Assembly (NCBI GenBank): GCA_016748015.1
Contig: JAAOMT010000327.1
Span: 28,966-92,965, forward strand
Direction: 5' to 3'
DNA from: Geosiphon pyriformis uo1
Lineage: Eukaryota; Fungi; Glomeromycota
Length of the DNA: 64,000 nucleotides
Each line of letters begins with the position of its first letter. Position 1 is the stretch's first letter. This document shows positions 62,826 to 64,000 of this stretch, piece by piece. The position numbers and the translations under genes were made by a program. The notes under the pieces were generated by a model. The model did no database searches. It was not told the DNA's origin and worked only from the letters and a program-made list of their open reading frames with translations.

Positions 62826-64000
62826 TTTGTAAAAACTAATTTAATTACATGCATAAACCATGAAAAGATATAAAATTATAAGTATATATATATATTACTT
62901 TAAAGCAGTTTTTTATTGCTTGCATATTCATTATTGTAATTGCAAAAAAAAAAAAGTAATAAAATTTATATATAGGATTACCCATATATAAAAAGTTCTA
63001 ATTATAACATTTTTTACCGAATATGAAATGGCAATATGTTTCTTAAATTTAGGTTGTAATTGTGGTTGCTTAAAAAATATTCTAAAAGAAAAGTTTGCCA
63101 AATTACATGAGATATTTTAAGCTTTCTCTAAATCTAAACAAGATATATTTTTAATGCCAGTTCAAAGCAAAAAATAGTGAAAAAATAAGTGCCAGCCAAT
63201 GTGTTAAAAAGAAAATACATACTAATAAGCAAATATTTTACTACTGAAATTACAATACACTGCTTTGTCAGAAAACATATCTCAATATGTTGAGAATTGG
63301 CCACACTCATTTGGAAAATATCAGAAATTATTTAACAACAAATAACATAATACCATGCATTTATAATAACATAAAATGAATGCTATAATAAAAACCAAGA
63401 TAATTATTAATAAAATTGTTGCTACATGAAAAATCTTTTCAAAAATTATGTTAAAATACTTAAATTACCAAGTTCTGGTAGAAATCTTAACTAAATACTT
63501 GATTATTTATACTTTTTTCAGCTAAAATAAATTATAAATTTTATTTATTATGATTTTATTGTAGTTCACAAAAGCAATAGCATGTTAAAATTGAAAAAAT
63601 ATTATATATTTTACAAGCTATAACATCAACTAATGCTTTATATTCAAATTATAAGTCCAAAATGAATTATGTAATACATGTTTACATTTTTGATATAAAT
63701 TATAATACAATGACTACAAGAAAAAAAAGCAAAAAATTTACTAATAAAATATAAAAAACATCTGATTAAAGTTAAATTGAAGAAATAATTATAACAAAAA
63801 TATAATATTAGCAAAATAATAAAAAAATTAGTAGATAAATATTTTATAATAAAAGATAAAGCTAATTATTATAGCATTAATATTATAGTTTATTATAGCT
63901 ATAATTGAGATATAAATAAAATTTATTATTTTAGTTCATGTAAAGTATATTTATTTAATATTTAATTAAGACAATATATAAATAAACTAATTATATTTTT

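Noticed and set aside
62830-64000. Gene or element at the window end
   Set aside because: AT-rich with no recognisable motif or repeat partner in this window.

Overview
Eukaryotic, very AT-rich transposon graveyard with no intact protein-coding gene that I can identify. The kinase and repeat families resemble those of Glomeromycota (arbuscular mycorrhizal fungi and relatives); this taxon is an inference. Contents: (i) five larger Ty3/Gypsy LTR retrotransposon remnants, further gag fragments and isolated LTRs. The main family has an unusually complex layout: gag - protease - Cys-rich domain - dUTPase - RT - RNase H - integrase - extra ORF3 - LTR with a 10-bp phased repeat array. (ii) Three LINE copies, one full length (APE-RT-RNase H-CCHC) with poly(A) and a 12-bp TSD. 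(iii) An internally deleted hAT element, a Tc1 (DD34E) element and a MITE. (iv) Pseudogenes of a tyrosine-kinase-like kinase and of a Crinkler/RHS-type P-loop ATPase + nuclease. (v) Two pairs of long inverted repeats (about 1.5 kb and 1.07 kb) that look like one large inverted duplication whose left arm was split by a 33-kb retrotransposon nest. Related copies differ mainly by C->T and G->A transitions, and old copies have lost most of their G and C, a RIP-like signature. All alignments and translations were done by eye, so boundaries in degenerate regions are approximate.
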